Shown: positions 1 to 15,117, counted from the stretch's first letter. The stretch is DNA of 64,000 nucleotides from Mobula hypostoma (GCF_963921235.1 NC_086109.1:20028001-20092000); one strand, 5' to 3'. Made by a program: numbers and translations. The notes: generated by a model not told the origin, from the sequence alone.

Positions 1-1255
1 TGCATGATTTTTACCCATTTGCCAACTTGGACTAATTTGGCTTATGGACAGCTATAAAACTGGAAATCATCCGTTACACAGGACAGCCTATACTTGTTCG
101 CATTACCATGCCTTCAGCTTATTATAGTCATACACTTTTGGCAGAACTTTGCAGAATAGTAATTTCAATAATGTATCATTTCAAGTAAAGCTTAGATATT
201 GAGGATGAAAGGAAACATCATGAAGGGAATACATTTGCAGTGTGTTTTTATTTTAGAAAGGTTCCTGCCAAATTTGAATACTCAGCGATGGTGCAAAGAT
301 CCATGACATCTGCTTATATTATTTTCTGTTAGGATAGCAGTGGATGTTATACTCACTTTAAATCTTCTATATTAAATGCTTTCAACTTCATTATATTAGA
401 ATATGTTATTAAAGACATCCAATTACTAAACTTAAACAGCTAAGAGACTAAGCAATTGTCTAAAACCCATTAAGAATGTGCAAATTTTGAAGCTTGTCAG
501 AAAGGTCAAAAGCTGACAATTTGAAAACACGCCCAGAAAATGAAGTTGAGTGAGGAAATAATGTACACAGAAGCACAACACAAATAATATAGATATACTT
601 TGTCAATCTGAATCAGCATTAAAATAGCAAAAGCTTGAATTAACTTTTCAGTACATGATAAGTTTAACAGCAAAGTCTTAATATTTCCATAGGTACAAAG
701 GAAGTGGCAGATGTATTGGCAAGATCAGAACACTATTTAGATTGGAATTAAATTGTATAGGCAAGGTAATTGGAATTATAGGGATTTGAAGCCAAAATGT
801 AGAATTAGCTCAAAGATGATTATGGAAAGTTGATCCAATCTGAATTGCCACTTCCCACCAGGCATTTACTCACAATCCCTATTAGTCTTGCAATGCTAGC
901 AGAGATGGAGATATCACATTTGATTCCCCTCAGCCAGTGATACCAATTTTCTAATAGCTAACCCCCCTAGCATCAATCCCTCACAATACCTCATTAGACA
1001 AAGCTTGTTATACAGAATCAACTAATCCTCACTTAGCTTCTGTCTGGTAACCTATTCTCAATCCTTTACAGTTTATTAACCCCAATTTCACATGCTGTAT
1101 TTTTTCTGAAAATTTACACACACACTTATTGGCACCCCTTCAGATATTCCAAGTGGTCACAAGAGAACTCCAGAGATCATTCACATGATCTTTCATTAAC
1201 GTTTTATTTTACATATTAAAGCTACCAGAAGCTCGAGTTGGAATACTTAATTTCA

Positions 1256-1441
<186 letters not shown>

Positions 1442-3954
1442 TCAGTTTGATGATCTGCACAAGATTTCTGTAGTACCCTATATAATTCATCAGCAGCACC
1501 CAAGTGTTAATACAAGTTAAAGGAAATAGGAAATGCTTTAATTTCCCATTCAGTTGCTGTGCATCACTGGATACAACCATCTTTACCAGCTACTGGTCCT
1601 GCAGGAGGATTTCATGTGCTCTCACAAAACACACATTATAAAATTTGAGGGAAACAGAGGGATCATTCTCATCTATTAGATGGGTGGATGTCAACCTCCA
1701 TATTTGGGATCAGAACTCCATTCTCCATCTCTCAGGTCAGTGGTCTTGAATCTTCTATCAACTGAGAGATAGAACTACTTTGGAGAGCAAAATAAGTGGA
1801 ATCTTTTGACAACTGAATAGAATTCAGGTCACAAATGAAATAAAACTACATCATTTGCCAATCCTGTACATTGGTCACAAACTATGGTTAGAACTTAAAG
1901 CAGAGTTACAAGTTCACATCCTCAACCATCGTATCACATTTGCACTTTTAGTTTTTCCATGTAGTATAGTCCCAACAATGCCATCTGTGCACATTCCTTC
2001 CATCAATCCATGAAGATTAACCCACATTCACCTGATTTACAAAGTCTTTTACTTGAGCTTTTAGTTTTGAAAGTTAAATGTCAATGTCGAACACTGTAGC
2101 CTGATTAAACACTAGAGGGAGCTCCAGAGCTCAAAGGAGAGAAACAAAGCTTGGCCATATTTTTGAAGTGTCACTTTGTCATATTTTCGAAGTTTCAGCC
2201 AGCCTACAGAATTCTACTAACTTAAGGACTCAGAACAACATTTACAATGACTGCTTTCTGTCCCACCCCAAGAAATAGAGTTTAAATTATCCACAATTGG
2301 GAAGTTGGGCACGCTGCATCATTCACCTGGTAGGCTGATACTCCAGGTTAGGGTCCCACAACAAACCTTCATGCTTAAAGATTACAGTTCTGAAGGGAAT
2401 TTAGAAGAAACTCCTTTATCCAAGGGGGAGGGGACTTAAATGTAGTATTTCTGCCATGGAATGCCCTAAGTTGGTGGCACATACGTATTTTAAACAAGAG
2501 ACTGGATGCATACATCAGGGAGAAAGCAGAGGATTGTGTTTGTATTTTTTTGTGAAAGAACAATGAGGGAAAGCTCAAATTGAGCATAAAATCTTATTGT
2601 GGACTGATCAGTTCAACAACTGGCCCGTTTCTGTGCTATAATTCCATATAGTCTTTTATAGACAAGGCTCAAACAACTTAACAGAATTTGTTAGTTCATT
2701 ACTTCTGGCGGCTATTTTTTTGCTGGATTTCAATATTGTAATACAACTCAGTTGTAACATGACCACATCTCTTAATTATTCAGTTATATCATTATATGAA
2801 TGAAGAATCTAGTATGGAGACCTGCAACTCTTTCAACAGCAATATTTAATTTTATTTGGTTAAGTACCAGATGAAGAATTTCAATGAAATGCATCATTCC
2901 CAAGATGGAGTAACATTACACATTTTTGGATTCAATGCAAGTGAAATTGAATACCAAATAACAACTAACAAGTGAAAATACTGTTTGTTCATAGGACACA
3001 CTGAAATAACTGGGTGGTGTGGTCTCACTGGGCAGGAAGGGCCTGTTACGGTGCTGTATCTCCATACAGATAAACTGAAAATTCAAGAAGTGGACCATTT
3101 AGGATTCTCCAGTCACAAGCAGCAGCTGAATGGGCACAACATATATTGATTAGGGAAGGGGGCCAATATAGGAAGATCAACTTGTTTACAAGTAAAGCAC
3201 ACCAATTACCTGACATTTATTACAGTGCATCTGAGTATCACATGCAATACATACATTCATGGAAAATAATTGCAGAAAATTAATACATTTAAGACAAAGT
3301 TGCAAACATTACTCATGTTATATAATCACAACCCTACAGTCCCATTCAAATGCTTCAAGATCCATTTTACAATATTTCACAATCCATCTGAAGGTCCTGG
3401 TGTCAGCCATTTGCAAAACCAACTTTGAGGGAGGCACTCATGTTTATGAAAATGACAATTAATATTCCATAGATGGACATACCGGAGTGCTGTGGATACA
3501 TTGTACATGTATGTAAGGTCAAACCATGCAATACAGCCAGGACAGATTGATACAACAAACACTGTTTTGTAACGGATGGGGCAAATCATTTGCAGGGTGA
3601 AACAAGACTTGTAGCAAAACCAGATTCTTTTAACATGGAAGTTGCCATGTTCCCCAATTCTGCAAATCCACCTGGATTCTTAATTACTGATGAATTAACA
3701 ATTGCTTTTCAATATTGCACAAGCAACAAATTTCAAAGCTGAAGGCAGCATTATCAGATCAACCTTATATATACCAGTTGTCTAGCAAATTACATGTCTA
3801 ATGTGGTTTCTTCTGGAAAGAACAAATCTGGTTAGTAGAGCAGAACTAAAGACTACTTTCAGAAGAGCAATTAATAACAAAATGACCAATCAACAAGGAA
3901 CCAATGTAATGCTACAACAGTATATTAAAGCTAGAAACTATTCAAATTTGTTCA

Positions 3955-4044
<90 letters not shown>

Positions 4045-4631
4045 TTAATTTAAATCTTGCACAATTAGCTACTTAAAACTAATATCCTTTTAAAATAAGA
4101 TTTTTTTAAAGTTGTAGGCATTTATAATAGACAGGTGGATACAAATGGGTCAACTAGTGCCTCAAATCTGCTCCAATCAGTTAGCCCATGGCTAAATTGC
4201 ACAATATCATTTATTTCAATATTCATGCTCAACATTTCAGACTTCAGCTCCAAAAGTTACTGATTCAAATATTTAGAGTGCTGCCAGCTTCCACTAACTG
4301 ATGTGGCAAAATGTCTCCTTGATTTTAATGCTTAATTTTCTAATTGAGATTTTATCCTCGATTGGGTTTCTCATTTTGGTCTGAGTGAGCCTGTGTGTGG
4401 AATGGAAGCCATTAGGCAAACAACTTCTTCAGAACTTAGACAAGAGACTGTTGATGCTGGAATTTGGAGCAAGTATCTGCGGAAGTTTCCTGTCATTGGA
4501 TAGGACGGGCAACCACCGTCATTGGTAGTCTTCCAATTTGTTCTGCATTTTATTTAAATACATAATTTGTTACTCTGTTAAACAACAGTGTCCTGTTCAT
4601 ACACCTTTTTAATTATTTCCTTGAAACATGA

Positions 4632-4912
4632 TGGCGAAGTAGCACAACACTATTATAGCTCAGGTGTTCCAGATCTTGGAATTCAATTCTGGCACCATTC
4701 TGTAGGGAGTCTCATTCCACATCTTGTGGAATATGTGGGTTTTCCCCCTAGATGTCAAGTTTCCACTCAGTCCAAAAATGTACCAGGTAGGTTAAATGGT
4801 CATTGTAAATTATCCCGTGATTAGGTTAGGTTAATCACAGTTGTGGGGTTGCTGGGGCATCATGATTCGAAGGCCTGGAATGCCTACCCCATTCCGTATC
4901 ACTAAATAAACA
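4632..4912 (+). mobile_element. V-SINE (HE1-like tRNA-derived SINE), diverged
   Basis: V-domain-like core gtgggttttcccc...tttccactcagtccaaaaatgtacc...ggttaaatggtcattgtaaatt; similar to the copy at 46331. Confidence 0.65.
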
Positions 4913-6478
4913 AACTTTAGCTAATTGGGGCATCCGCTTAATTGAGCAAAAATGTACTACTGGTCCCAATGTGTCAATTAACTGGAATCCACTGCATTGG
5001 CATCCAGAACTTTTGGATCTTTATTTTTAATAATTCAGCAATTCCTGTTTTGTTATGAACACAGATAAAATTGCACTTTACAGCAATTTCTTGGGAGACT
5101 AATGCAGGATTTTATTTCCCAGTTTGAACCAATTCTCTTGCTGACCATTCAGCAATGTGCAAAGATTTAGGTCAGGTTAATGTATAGTTAAATGAAGAAC
5201 TGAGCAATTTCTGTTTCACAATGTGACATCTAGTTACAATGTTTCATATTAGCCACCCAGGAGACTAAGATTGCCAAATTGAAGCCTAATTGCAGTTTTA
5301 TGCTGTGAACTGATTAAATTCCTCAATTTACTGCTGAAATGCAGATTTAAATATTTACAGAACTGTGGAAAATTTTAATACTGCAGGTCTCATAGCAATA
5401 ACTTTTGTTCTGCAGTAAACTTTAATGATAATTTTCAAATATCACTCAATGTCAGCACTGATTTAACTCCATTTTGAATGAGGTCAAAGTCACTCCAATA
5501 TTTGCTGACTGAAGTATTTTGACTTCATACCCTGCCATTTACAGTATTTTGCTTTTGAACCAAATTATCAAAAGTTTAAAATTGACTCCTGCTAAAATGA
5601 ATCTAATTTTAGCTCAGTGCCCATTATGTCCATTAATAACAGCTCAAAATGGAAAGCATTAAAGGTTTAAAATTTAATTTGACAGTTTCAAATGAAGAAA
5701 AATTCCCATTTAGAAAAGTATAATATTTCTGAACACTTCAAAGCAATGTGCTTTTAAAAAAAAGATTGACATACAACTGGCATATGTAGAGAAGCCATTA
5801 CTGCCACTTTCTCATAAAATAAATTCAGCAGGTACGGAAATAACTTCAGTTGCTTTCAATGGACGTGATCAATGAAGGACACTGGTAATTTTGGGTTGCT
5901 TTGTGAAGTCTCTTCTTAGGCTCTCGGGCTACTGAGAAAACAGCAGTCTCACGTTTCCAGAGACCACTAGTTAATAATGAAGATTAGAGGCAGCCCTCAA
6001 ACAAAACAGATGGCTGCTGATAGATATAGTATTAAAAAATAACTATTTTTTGTGTTAATCAGAATGTGATCAAAGAATGACAGCATACACACTCCAGTTA
6101 GGAGGATTAAAGGATCAAGATCTATACAAGTTCTGTAACAGCAGAATACAATAGACCCACACCATGCATTGTTTTCTCAATCCTGTAACAAATCAAATTT
6201 GCAAGAAGAATGCTTAGTTTTCTGGAAATTTCAGGAAATCATAAACAAGACAGAAGAGATGATGACAATTGGGATAGGTGGAAAGTTGGGAACATGGAAA
6301 GAAAACATGCACAAACAGGCTAGAACAAATGTTCCATCTGCAATGGTTAGAAATTTCTATGTAATAAAGGACAGCAAGATTGAAAATCTCAGCAAGTTCT
6401 TCAAGCAAATCTCAAATGCAATTTGCTGCATTCTCACTTGCTCATTCCTGATGAGACTATAAATTGTAGGAAGAGGTG

Positions 6479-6516
6479 CAGTCGACATTTCAGGCCGAGA
6501 CCCTTCGTCAGGACTA
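6479..6516 (-). ncRNA. Minimal type I hammerhead ribozyme motif in PLE 3' end (variant GAAAUGUC, helix III palindrome broken)
   Basis: tagtc CTGACGA a gggt ctcg gcct GAAA t GTC gactg on the minus strand. Confidence 0.7.
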
Positions 6517-8559
6517 ACTGAAGGAAGAGTGAGTAAGGGATTTGAAAGTTGCGGGGGGGGGGGCGGGGGAGATCCAAAATGATAGGAGAAGACAGGAGGG
6601 GGAGGGATGGAGCCAAGAGCTGGACAGGTGATAGGCAAAAGGGGATACGAGAGGATCATGGGACAGGAGGTCCGGGAAGAAAGATAAGTGGGGGGGGGGG
6701 ACCCAGAGGATGGGCAAAAGGTATATTCAGAGGGACAAAAGAAGAGTGAGAGAAAGAATGTGTGCATAAAGTAACAGATGGGGTACGAGGAGGAGGTGGG
6801 GCCTTAGCGGAAGTTAGAGAAGTCGATGTTCATGCCATCAGGTTGGAGGCTACCCTGACGGAATATAAGGTGTTGTTCCTCCAACCTGAGTGTGGCTTCA
6901 TCTTTACAGTAGAGGAGGCCGTGGATAGACATGTCAGAATGGGAATGGAATGTAGAATTAAAATGTGTGGCCACTTTGAGATCCTGCTTTCTCTGGCGGA
7001 CAGAGCGTAGATGTTCAGCAAAGCGGTCTCCCAGTCTGCGTCGGGTCTCGCCAATATATAAAAGGCCACATTGGGAGCACCGGACGCAGTATATCACCCC
7101 AGTCGACTCACGGATGAAGTGTTGCCTCACCTGGAAGGACTCTTTGGGGCCCTGAATGATGGTAAGGGAGGAAGTGTAAGGGCATGTGTAGCACTTGTTC
7201 CGCTTACACGGATAAGTGCCAGGAGGGAGATCAGTGGGGAGGGATGGGGGGGGACGAATGGACAAGGGAGTTGTGTAGGGAGCGATCCCTGCGGAATGCA
7301 GAGGGGGGGGGAGGGAAAGATGTGCTTAGTGGTTGGAGGTGGCGGAAGTAACGGAGAATAATATGTTGGACCCGGAGGCTGGTGGGGTGGTAGGTGAGGA
7401 CCAGGGGAACCCTATTCCTCGTGGGGTGACGGGAGGATGGAGTGAGAGCAGATGTACGTGAAATGGGGGAGATGCGTTTAAGAGCAGAGTTGATAGTGGA
7501 GGAAGGGAAGCCCCTTTCTTTAAAAAAGGAAGCTGGAAATGTCTTCCTTTTTTAAAGAAAGGGGCTTCCCTTCCTCCACTATCAACTCTGCTCTTAAACG
7601 CATCTCCCCCATTTCACGTACATCTGCTCTCACTCCATCCTCCCGCCACCCCACGAGGAATAGGGTTCCCCTGGTCCTCACCTACCACCCCACCAGCCTC
7701 CGGGTCCAACATATTATTCTCCGTAACTTCCGCCACCTCCAACCACTAAGCACATCTTTCCCTCCCCCCGCCTCTGCATTCCGCAGGGATCGCTCCCTAC
7801 ACAACTCCCTTGTCCATTCGTCCCCCCCATCCCTCCCCACTGATCTCCCTCCTGGCACTTATCCGTGTAAGCGGAACAAGTGCTACACATGCCCTTACAC
7901 TTCCTCCCTTACCATCATTCAGGGCCCCAAAGAGTCCTTCCAGGTGAGGCAACACTTCATCCGTGAGTCGACTGGGGTGATATACTGCCACCGGTGCTCC
8001 CGATGTGGCCTTCTATATATTGGCGAGACCCAACGCAGACTGGGAGACCGCTTTGCTGAACATCTACGCTCTGTCCGCCAGAGAAAGCAGGATCTCCCAG
8101 TGGCCACACATTTTAATTCCACATTCCATTCCCATTCTGACACGTCTATCCACGGCCTCCTCTACTGTAAAGATGAAGCCACACTCAGGTTGGAGGAACA
8201 ACACCTTATACTCCGTCTGGGTAGCCTCCAACCTGATGGCATGAACATTGACTTCTCTAACTTCCGCTAAGGCCCCACCTCCCCCTCGTACCCCATCTGT
8301 TACTTATTTTTATGCACACATTCTTTCTCTCACTCTCCTTTTTCTCCCTCTGTCCCTCTGAATATACCTCTTGCCCATCCTCTGGGTCCCCCCCCCCACT
8401 TGTCTTTCTTCCCAGACCTCCTGTCCCATGATCCTCTCGTATCCCCTTTTGCCTATCACCTGTCCAGCTCTTGGCTCTATCCCTCCCCCTCCTGTCTTCT
8501 CCTATCATTTTGGATCTCCCCCTCCCACTTTCAAATCCCTTACTCACTCTTCCTTCAGT

Positions 8560-8597
8560 TAGTCCTGACGAAGGGTCTCGGCCTGAAACGTCGACTA
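8560..8597 (+). ncRNA. Minimal type I hammerhead ribozyme motif, intact core; predicted cleavage after C8592
   Basis: tagtc CTGACGA a gggt ctcg gcct GAAAC GTC gacta: CUGANGA and GAAA boxes, GUC triplet, stem I tagtc/gacta, ACGT palindrome in place of helix III. Confidence 0.85.
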
Positions 8598-9304
8598 CAC
8601 CTCTTCCTACAGATGCTGCTTGGCCTGCTGCGTTCACCAGCAACTTTGATGTGTGTTGCTTGAATTTCCAGCATCTGCAAAATTCCTGTTGTTTGAGACT
8701 ATAAATTGTCTTGTTTTTAAAAAGATTAATTTCTTCATACCTTGAACTGCATATTAAAAATCTACATCTTTGACTGTAGACTAATTGAGTAAAATACACT
8801 GCCAACCCATTGGCCCAAAGCTGTTCCACCATTCCATCATGGCTAATTTCCCCCCACCCCCTCCTACCGACTGACGACTTCTTCCTTATTGCTATAACCC
8901 CTGATGTCCTTAAGAAGGAAGAACCTCCAGCTTTCCTTTATTACTTGGAGAACAAAATAAAATTTGAAAAATTTACGGTGACACTATAAGGTTGCAGTGG
9001 TGAATAGGATCAACTTGATTACTTATTGACAAATGAAGCAGAGTGCACAAAGCTGAATGCACTGGAACTACTGGGAATGAGGATGGACTAGATGACTAAG
9101 TGGTCTGTGCTATATCAACAATCACCATCCCCTCCTCTATATTATTCTAAAATGCTAAATTTTAGACAAGCCTCAGTAGTTAAGGGCGTAACTCCCAGCT
9201 ATCTTACCAGATTTTTAAATTTAAAGGAAGTGTCACTTCCAAAAGTGAAAAAGGCAAGATTTGTGATCAAAATTCATCTATCATCAACATGTCTCATCTC
9301 TACA

Positions 9305-9815
9305 TAGACTCAGTGGCCACTTTAAGTACATCTGCTAGTACAGCAAAATATCTAATCGGCCAATCATGTGGCAGCAATTCAATGCATAAAAGCATGCAGA
9401 CACGGTCAAGAGGTTCAATAACAGTTCAAACCAAATATCAGAATGGGGAAGAAATGTGATCAAGCAACTTGGACCGTGAAATGATTACCAACTGGTTTGA
9501 GCATCTCAAATTGCTGGCCTCCCGGGAATTTCACACACAAGCATCTCTACAGTTTACAGAGACTGCTGTAAAAAACTAACATCCAGTAAGCTGCAGATTT
9601 GTGGGTGAAAACACCTTGTAAATGAGAGTTCAGAGTAGAATGGTCAGGCTGGCTCAAGTTTACAGGAACCTGACAGTAACCCAAATAACCACATGTTACA
9701 GGGTAGAAGAGAGTCTCTGAATGCTCAACACAAAACCTTGAAGTAGACAGGCGACTGCAGTAGAAGACCACACTAGGTTCCACTCATGTACCTAGTAACA
9801 TGACTATTGATTGTA
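9305..9815. mobile_element. Non-autonomous Tc1-like element, diverged
   Basis: Left end actcagtggccactttaagtac and decayed right end gtacctagtaacatgactattgattgta form imperfect terminal inverted repeats (TIRs). Confidence 0.5.
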
Positions 9816-10164
9816 TGCTATTTGTCCTAAGTGTTTCTTACACTTCATTCAATATTAACATTTTACATTTGGTAAGATTGCCAAAAAAAATTTGGGGATT
9901 ATAGAACTAAAACAGGGATCTGGAGGGAGACAAGATCCAGACTAGCTAAAAGAACAATAAACCCAAGCCTTTGTAATCTGAATGCCTTCTATTGCTTTCA
10001 TAAATGTTTTCCTTGACAGTAATCTGGTGTGTAGACATTGTATCAAAAGCCTTTATTCATAAAGAAATTTTTATGAATCTTGTTACAACTAGTTTTATCT
10101 GTTACACTATTAAGTAATACAACAAGGAGCTTATCAAGGAAATTGAAGGCCAGTCAGTTAGTGT

Positions 10165-10950
10165 GGCATACATGGACATAAGGTTTTTGACAAGGTCCTG
10201 TAGATAGACTGGCTCAGAAAGTCAGACCATAGAGTTTTTGGTATTGTGGCAAACTGGATCCAAATTTGGTTTGGCAATAGGAGGCAGGAGATGGTTGTTT
10301 CTCTGACTGGAAGTCTAACCAGAAGTGTCCACAGGGATTGGTGTTAAGATCTTCCCGCTTATAATATTGTAACTGGGATGAGAATGTAGATGGTTTGATT
10401 AGTAAGTACGCTGATGACAAGATTGGATTTGTAGATAGTATGTTGGCCCAAAAATAGTTAAGTAGAGCAGTGGCGAACTAATGCATTTGCCAGATACGAG
10501 TAAACAGCAGGCATCGTAAGATGTATGTTCATTGCTTCCTGAAAATGACAATACAGGTGGATAGGATACTGAATACATTTAGTCTACTTGCCTTCATATG
10601 CAGAGGTAGAGTACAAGAGATGAGACATGTTGCAACTGTACAAGACATTGGTTAGACTGTACTTGGAATACTGTGTGCAGTCCTGGTCACAACACCATAG
10701 AAAGGATGTGATAGTGCAAGTGAGTGCAGAGATCCAACAGCACAATTACCTGAAGGTTTCCATTTATAAGGAAGACTGGATGGGCTCGATGGTTTTCACT
10801 GGACCAATTTAAACAAGCAAGAGATTTAAAGAACCTGATCTGAGGAGGATATGGACCAATGCAGAAAAATCAGATTAGCATAGATGGACTTGTTAGTCAA
10901 CATGGATAAGTTGGGACAAAAGGCTTGTTTTTAATGTTGTACTTTGCAAC
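10165..10950 (+). mobile_element. Old CR1 LINE 3' fragment with internal deletions
   Basis: Decayed RT motifs (FDKV, KYADD) and MLQLYKTLVRLYLEYCVQSWS at 10627. Confidence 0.75.
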
Positions 10951-12248
10951 AGTTGCACATACTGGGTGGTTTAAATGCAAAACCTTTCAAAGCATTTTAG
11001 GCAAGCACAAAATGAAACAGCCACAAGAATGGGTAGTTGATGAAATACTTGGTCAAAGCAGTGGCCTTATTGAACATGTTTTGTCTCTCCACATTCTTAA
11101 CATCAGAAAGGAATGAAAGCTAAAATCTTCGTGCTGACAAACAGGGAACGAACAAAAAAAAGGCCAAAGGATCAAGGTGGTGCGCAGCATCAGAGATTAG
11201 AGGGAGAGTCAAGGCAGCAAGAGTAGGACCAATTTAAGGCAATAAGTGCAAAATTTAAGGCAGCAAGCACTGGGGAAAAGAGACGGAATGAAAATACAGA
11301 TAAGTTATAACGGCGCAGTCGGGTTTTGGATAGTTCTGGGTAGAGTAAGAGCAGATCTTTTTTTTTTGAGTTGGTAACAATAGTCAGTAGAATGGATACA
11401 GTTTATACGGATTTCAGTAAGGCTTTAGACAACATCCCATATGGGTCTCAACCTTTTGGGCAAGTCACCATTGCGTCAAATTGGTTTAAAAATTCAGCTT
11501 GGCATTAGGGAGACGAGGGTGATGGTAGAGATTTGCTTTTTGTTCAAAGATTAAGCAAAGATTGGAGTTGTTGGTGTGATGAGTACTCTTAGGCTACACA
11601 GTGAAATTGGGAGTGTTGGTGAAATAAACTTGTGTTGGGAAAGTACAAGTCTCCTGACACCAATCACCTTTCCTTAAAGGGTAGCATACTGGCAAAGTCC
11701 AAGAGCTCCTAAATTGTCTCAGCAATTCATTTGAATAAAACTCAGTATATCAGAGACACTATCTATAACTGCAAGGAATACTGCCAATGAAAGCAAACCT
11801 AGCTTATCCAGTCTCTCCTAACTGCTGAAATATTCCACCACTGGTAACATCCCGCTGACTCATCGGCACTGTTCTGGGATTTTCTTAATTCATAAACTAT
11901 TCAGGAAATTCTAATTGTTTAATTTGACACATTCCTCAACAAATCAAGTCTACATTTTAACACGTATCAATTTTATCCTGTTATAAGACTGAGTTCCTCT
12001 TTATCAAACAGGAGGTTGTTTCAATTTCTCAGTCTACCTTGCCAAGGTCCTTGCATCTTTTGTCTACGAGCACTGCCCTTTTCATAGCTATTATTCTGTA
12101 TTGTTGTATTTCCATTTGTACTACCATGAGGTACATATGTTTTCCAATGATTTGTACGGATGGCAAAGTTTTCCCACCAGCTCAGTACAAATAATAACCT
12201 CACTGAATGTTTTGCTGTGTCAAGTACAATAAAATACAAAACTTGTCA

Positions 12249-12434
<186 letters not shown>

Positions 12435-13047
12435 TTAATGAGCGCTTATATTATTGCAAATAAAACAATAGTCTAATCTCAGTTGGAGCAGAGTATATTC
12501 CTAGGAAGGGAAAGAAAAGCCTGGAGGGAAAAATAACACAAGTAACACCTTACCTATTTAGACTTAAGTTTGTGTTCTGTTGGCTAATCATTGCTCCAGT
12601 TACAAAACCAAAGTACAGGTAAGCAAATCCACAGAAAAGGATCAAAAATTCATTCAACACATAAGTGCTCCGTCATGTTCATTGGCCTACTATCAGGCTC
12701 CAGAGATTATAAAGCAGAATATAAGTAATGGTTTAAAAGCCTAAAAGGGACATGATGGCTATAAGCAAGCTCCAATGTAAAATTTTCAAAATCAAATCTA
12801 AAAGATCGAATACATCTTGCATAGGTTAATCATCAGCATTGTCCTGGACTTTTCCCAATCCAGAAAATCTAACCTACAATTTGCTAATGGCAAATACTAA
12901 CATCATAAATTATTCATGAAACTTTACTTTTCAAAGTGATTCCTGGTTTATAATAGACTTGAAGTTAAAATCTAGCAACGTTATTTGAAGCACATTGGAT
13001 CAAACATGACGCATCGATGAAGTTGACAGATCTGAGCAAAATTATTA

Positions 13048-14555
13048 CACAGAAACATAGAAAACCTACAGCACAATACAGGCCCTTCAGCCCACAAAGC
13101 TGTGCCGAACATGTCCTTACTTCAGAAATTACCCAGGGATACCCATAGCCCTCTAGTTTTCTGAGCTCCATGTAACTGTCCAGTAGTCTCTTAAAAGACC
13201 CTGTCGTATCCACCTCCATCACCATCAGCCCATTCCAGGCACTCACCACTCTCTGCATATAAAAAAAACTTGACCCTGCCATCTCCTCTGTACCTACTTC
13301 CAAGCAGCTTAAAACAGCACCCTCTCGTGTTAGCCATTTCAACCCTGGAAAAAAGCCTTGACTATCCACACCATCAATGCCTCTCATCATCTTATACACC
13401 TCTATCAGGTCACCTCTCATCCTTTGTCGCTCCAAGGAAAAATGGCCAAGTTCACTCAACCTATTCTCATAAGGCATGCTCGCCAATCCAGGCAATATTT
13501 TTGTAAATGTCCTCTGCACCCTTTCTATTGTTTCCATATCCTTCCTGTAGTGAGGCGAACAGAACTGAGCACAGTACTCCAAGTGGGGTCTGACCAGGGT
13601 ACTATATAGCTGCAACATTACCTCTTGGCTCTTAAACTCAATCCCACGACTGATGAAGGCCAACTCACTGTATGCTTTAACCACAGAGTCAACCTGTGCA
13701 GCAACTTTGAGTGTCCTATGGACTCGGACCCCAAGATCCCTCTGTTCCTCCACACTGCCAAAAGTCTTACTATTAACAGCGCCTTCATTTCCTGTGGAGC
13801 ATCAAAAAAGCTCACATCTGTCCCAGGATACTGACAGACTTTTACCGCTGTACCATTGAGAGCATAATCACCAACTGCATCTCAGTGTGGTATGGCAATT
13901 GTCCCGTATCAGACCGCAAAGCAGTTCAGCAGGTGGTTAAAAACTGCCCAGCGGATTATTGGCACCCAATTGCCCACCACTGAGAACATCTACCATAAAC
14001 GCTGCCTGGGCAGGGCGAAAAGCATTATCAAAGATGCATCTCACCCTAACCATGGACTTCCTACTTTCCTCCCAACCAGTAGGCGCTACAGGAGCCCCTG
14101 CTCCCGCACCAGCAGGCTCAGGAAGAGCTTCTTCCCTGAGGCTGTGACTCTGCTGAACTTCACATCACAGCGCTAAGCAGTATCGCACCGATATTGGACT
14201 GTCTCAGTACTTTTATATTTGTAAGCTGTAGCACTTACCTTTATTTGCAGTTATTTTATAAGTAATACTATTCTTTGCATTTCTGGTCAGATGCTAATTG
14301 CATTTCATTGGCTGTACTCGGCACAATGACAATAAAGGTGAATCTAATCTAATCTAAATTAATGCTATATTCTGCCATATTTGACCTACCAAAATGAACC
14401 ATCTCACACTTATCTGGATTGAACTCCACCTGCCACTTCTCAGCCCAGTTTTGCAACCCATCAATGTCCCTCTGACAGTCCTCCACACTAACCACAGCAC
14501 ACCCAACCTTTGTGTCATCAGCAAATTTACTAACCCATCCCTCCATTTCCTTATC
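13048..14555 (-). mobile_element. CR1 LINE 3' part, interrupted by a Rex/Babar fragment
   Basis: ORFs 14349-14546 (VSKFADDTKV) and 12965-13753 (RDLGV...LVRPHLEYC); tttctatgtttct tail at ~13050. Confidence 0.88.
13777..14357 (+). mobile_element. Rex1/Babar-like LINE 3' fragment nested in CR1
   Basis: KTAQRIIGTQLP...IIKDASHPNHGL...RLRKSFFPEAV C-terminus, aataaa, (aatct)n tail; attaa-like TSD. Confidence 0.75.
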
Positions 14556-15117
14556 CAGATTAAGTTATAAATAAAGCAAAATGCTCTGTAAACACAGCTC
14601 AATTTTACTGAACTATGACCAATATAACCTGCTGCTAAACAACACTTTTTCTAAGATCTGTAGAGGCTGCTTTTTCCAGGTCACAGCTTATTTGGCTTAC
14701 AAGTAGAAAACCTGCTTGAAAGAAGGGCATGTTGGCTCAGATAATATTGCCCATCTCAAAGATTTCATTTTTGTGCAAAAATTACATTACATTTTGTTAG
14801 ATACATAGACAGGAACAGGAATGCCATCTTGCAGAATCAGGCATACAAGTCAAAGTAGGTCAAAAGTCAACACTGACATCTAGCCTGAATATCAGTGCAA
14901 TGGAATTCAACTCAAATTGTACAGAACAGAATTTTAACTCACTTCATCTGAAGAGCTGATGAATACTTAAATTCCAGAATATTACCAAAATTTAAGCAAT
15001 TGGTGTTCAAAATCGCAGCATATTAAACAATGCACACTCAAGCAGGAAGCACTGATATCTTCATGTGTGGAAACTGACATCCAACCATCAAGAATCAGGC
15101 TTAATATCACTGACATG

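Larger units (their letters stand above)
6468..8693. mobile_element. Penelope-like element (Neptune-like), 5'-truncated and inverted-duplicated (palindromic insertion)
   Basis: GIY-YIG ORFs 6804-7265(-) and 7539-8270(+) with CKRNKCYTC linker and LLYIGET motif. 16-bp TSD tgagactataaattgt at 6452-6467 and 8694-8709. Confidence 0.92.

Noticed and set aside
6357..8832. Pro/Ser/Leu-rich and Gly/Arg-rich ORFs here and at 40255-40800, 42365-43562
   Set aside because: Alternative-frame or antisense translations of the pyrimidine-rich PLE 3' UTR.
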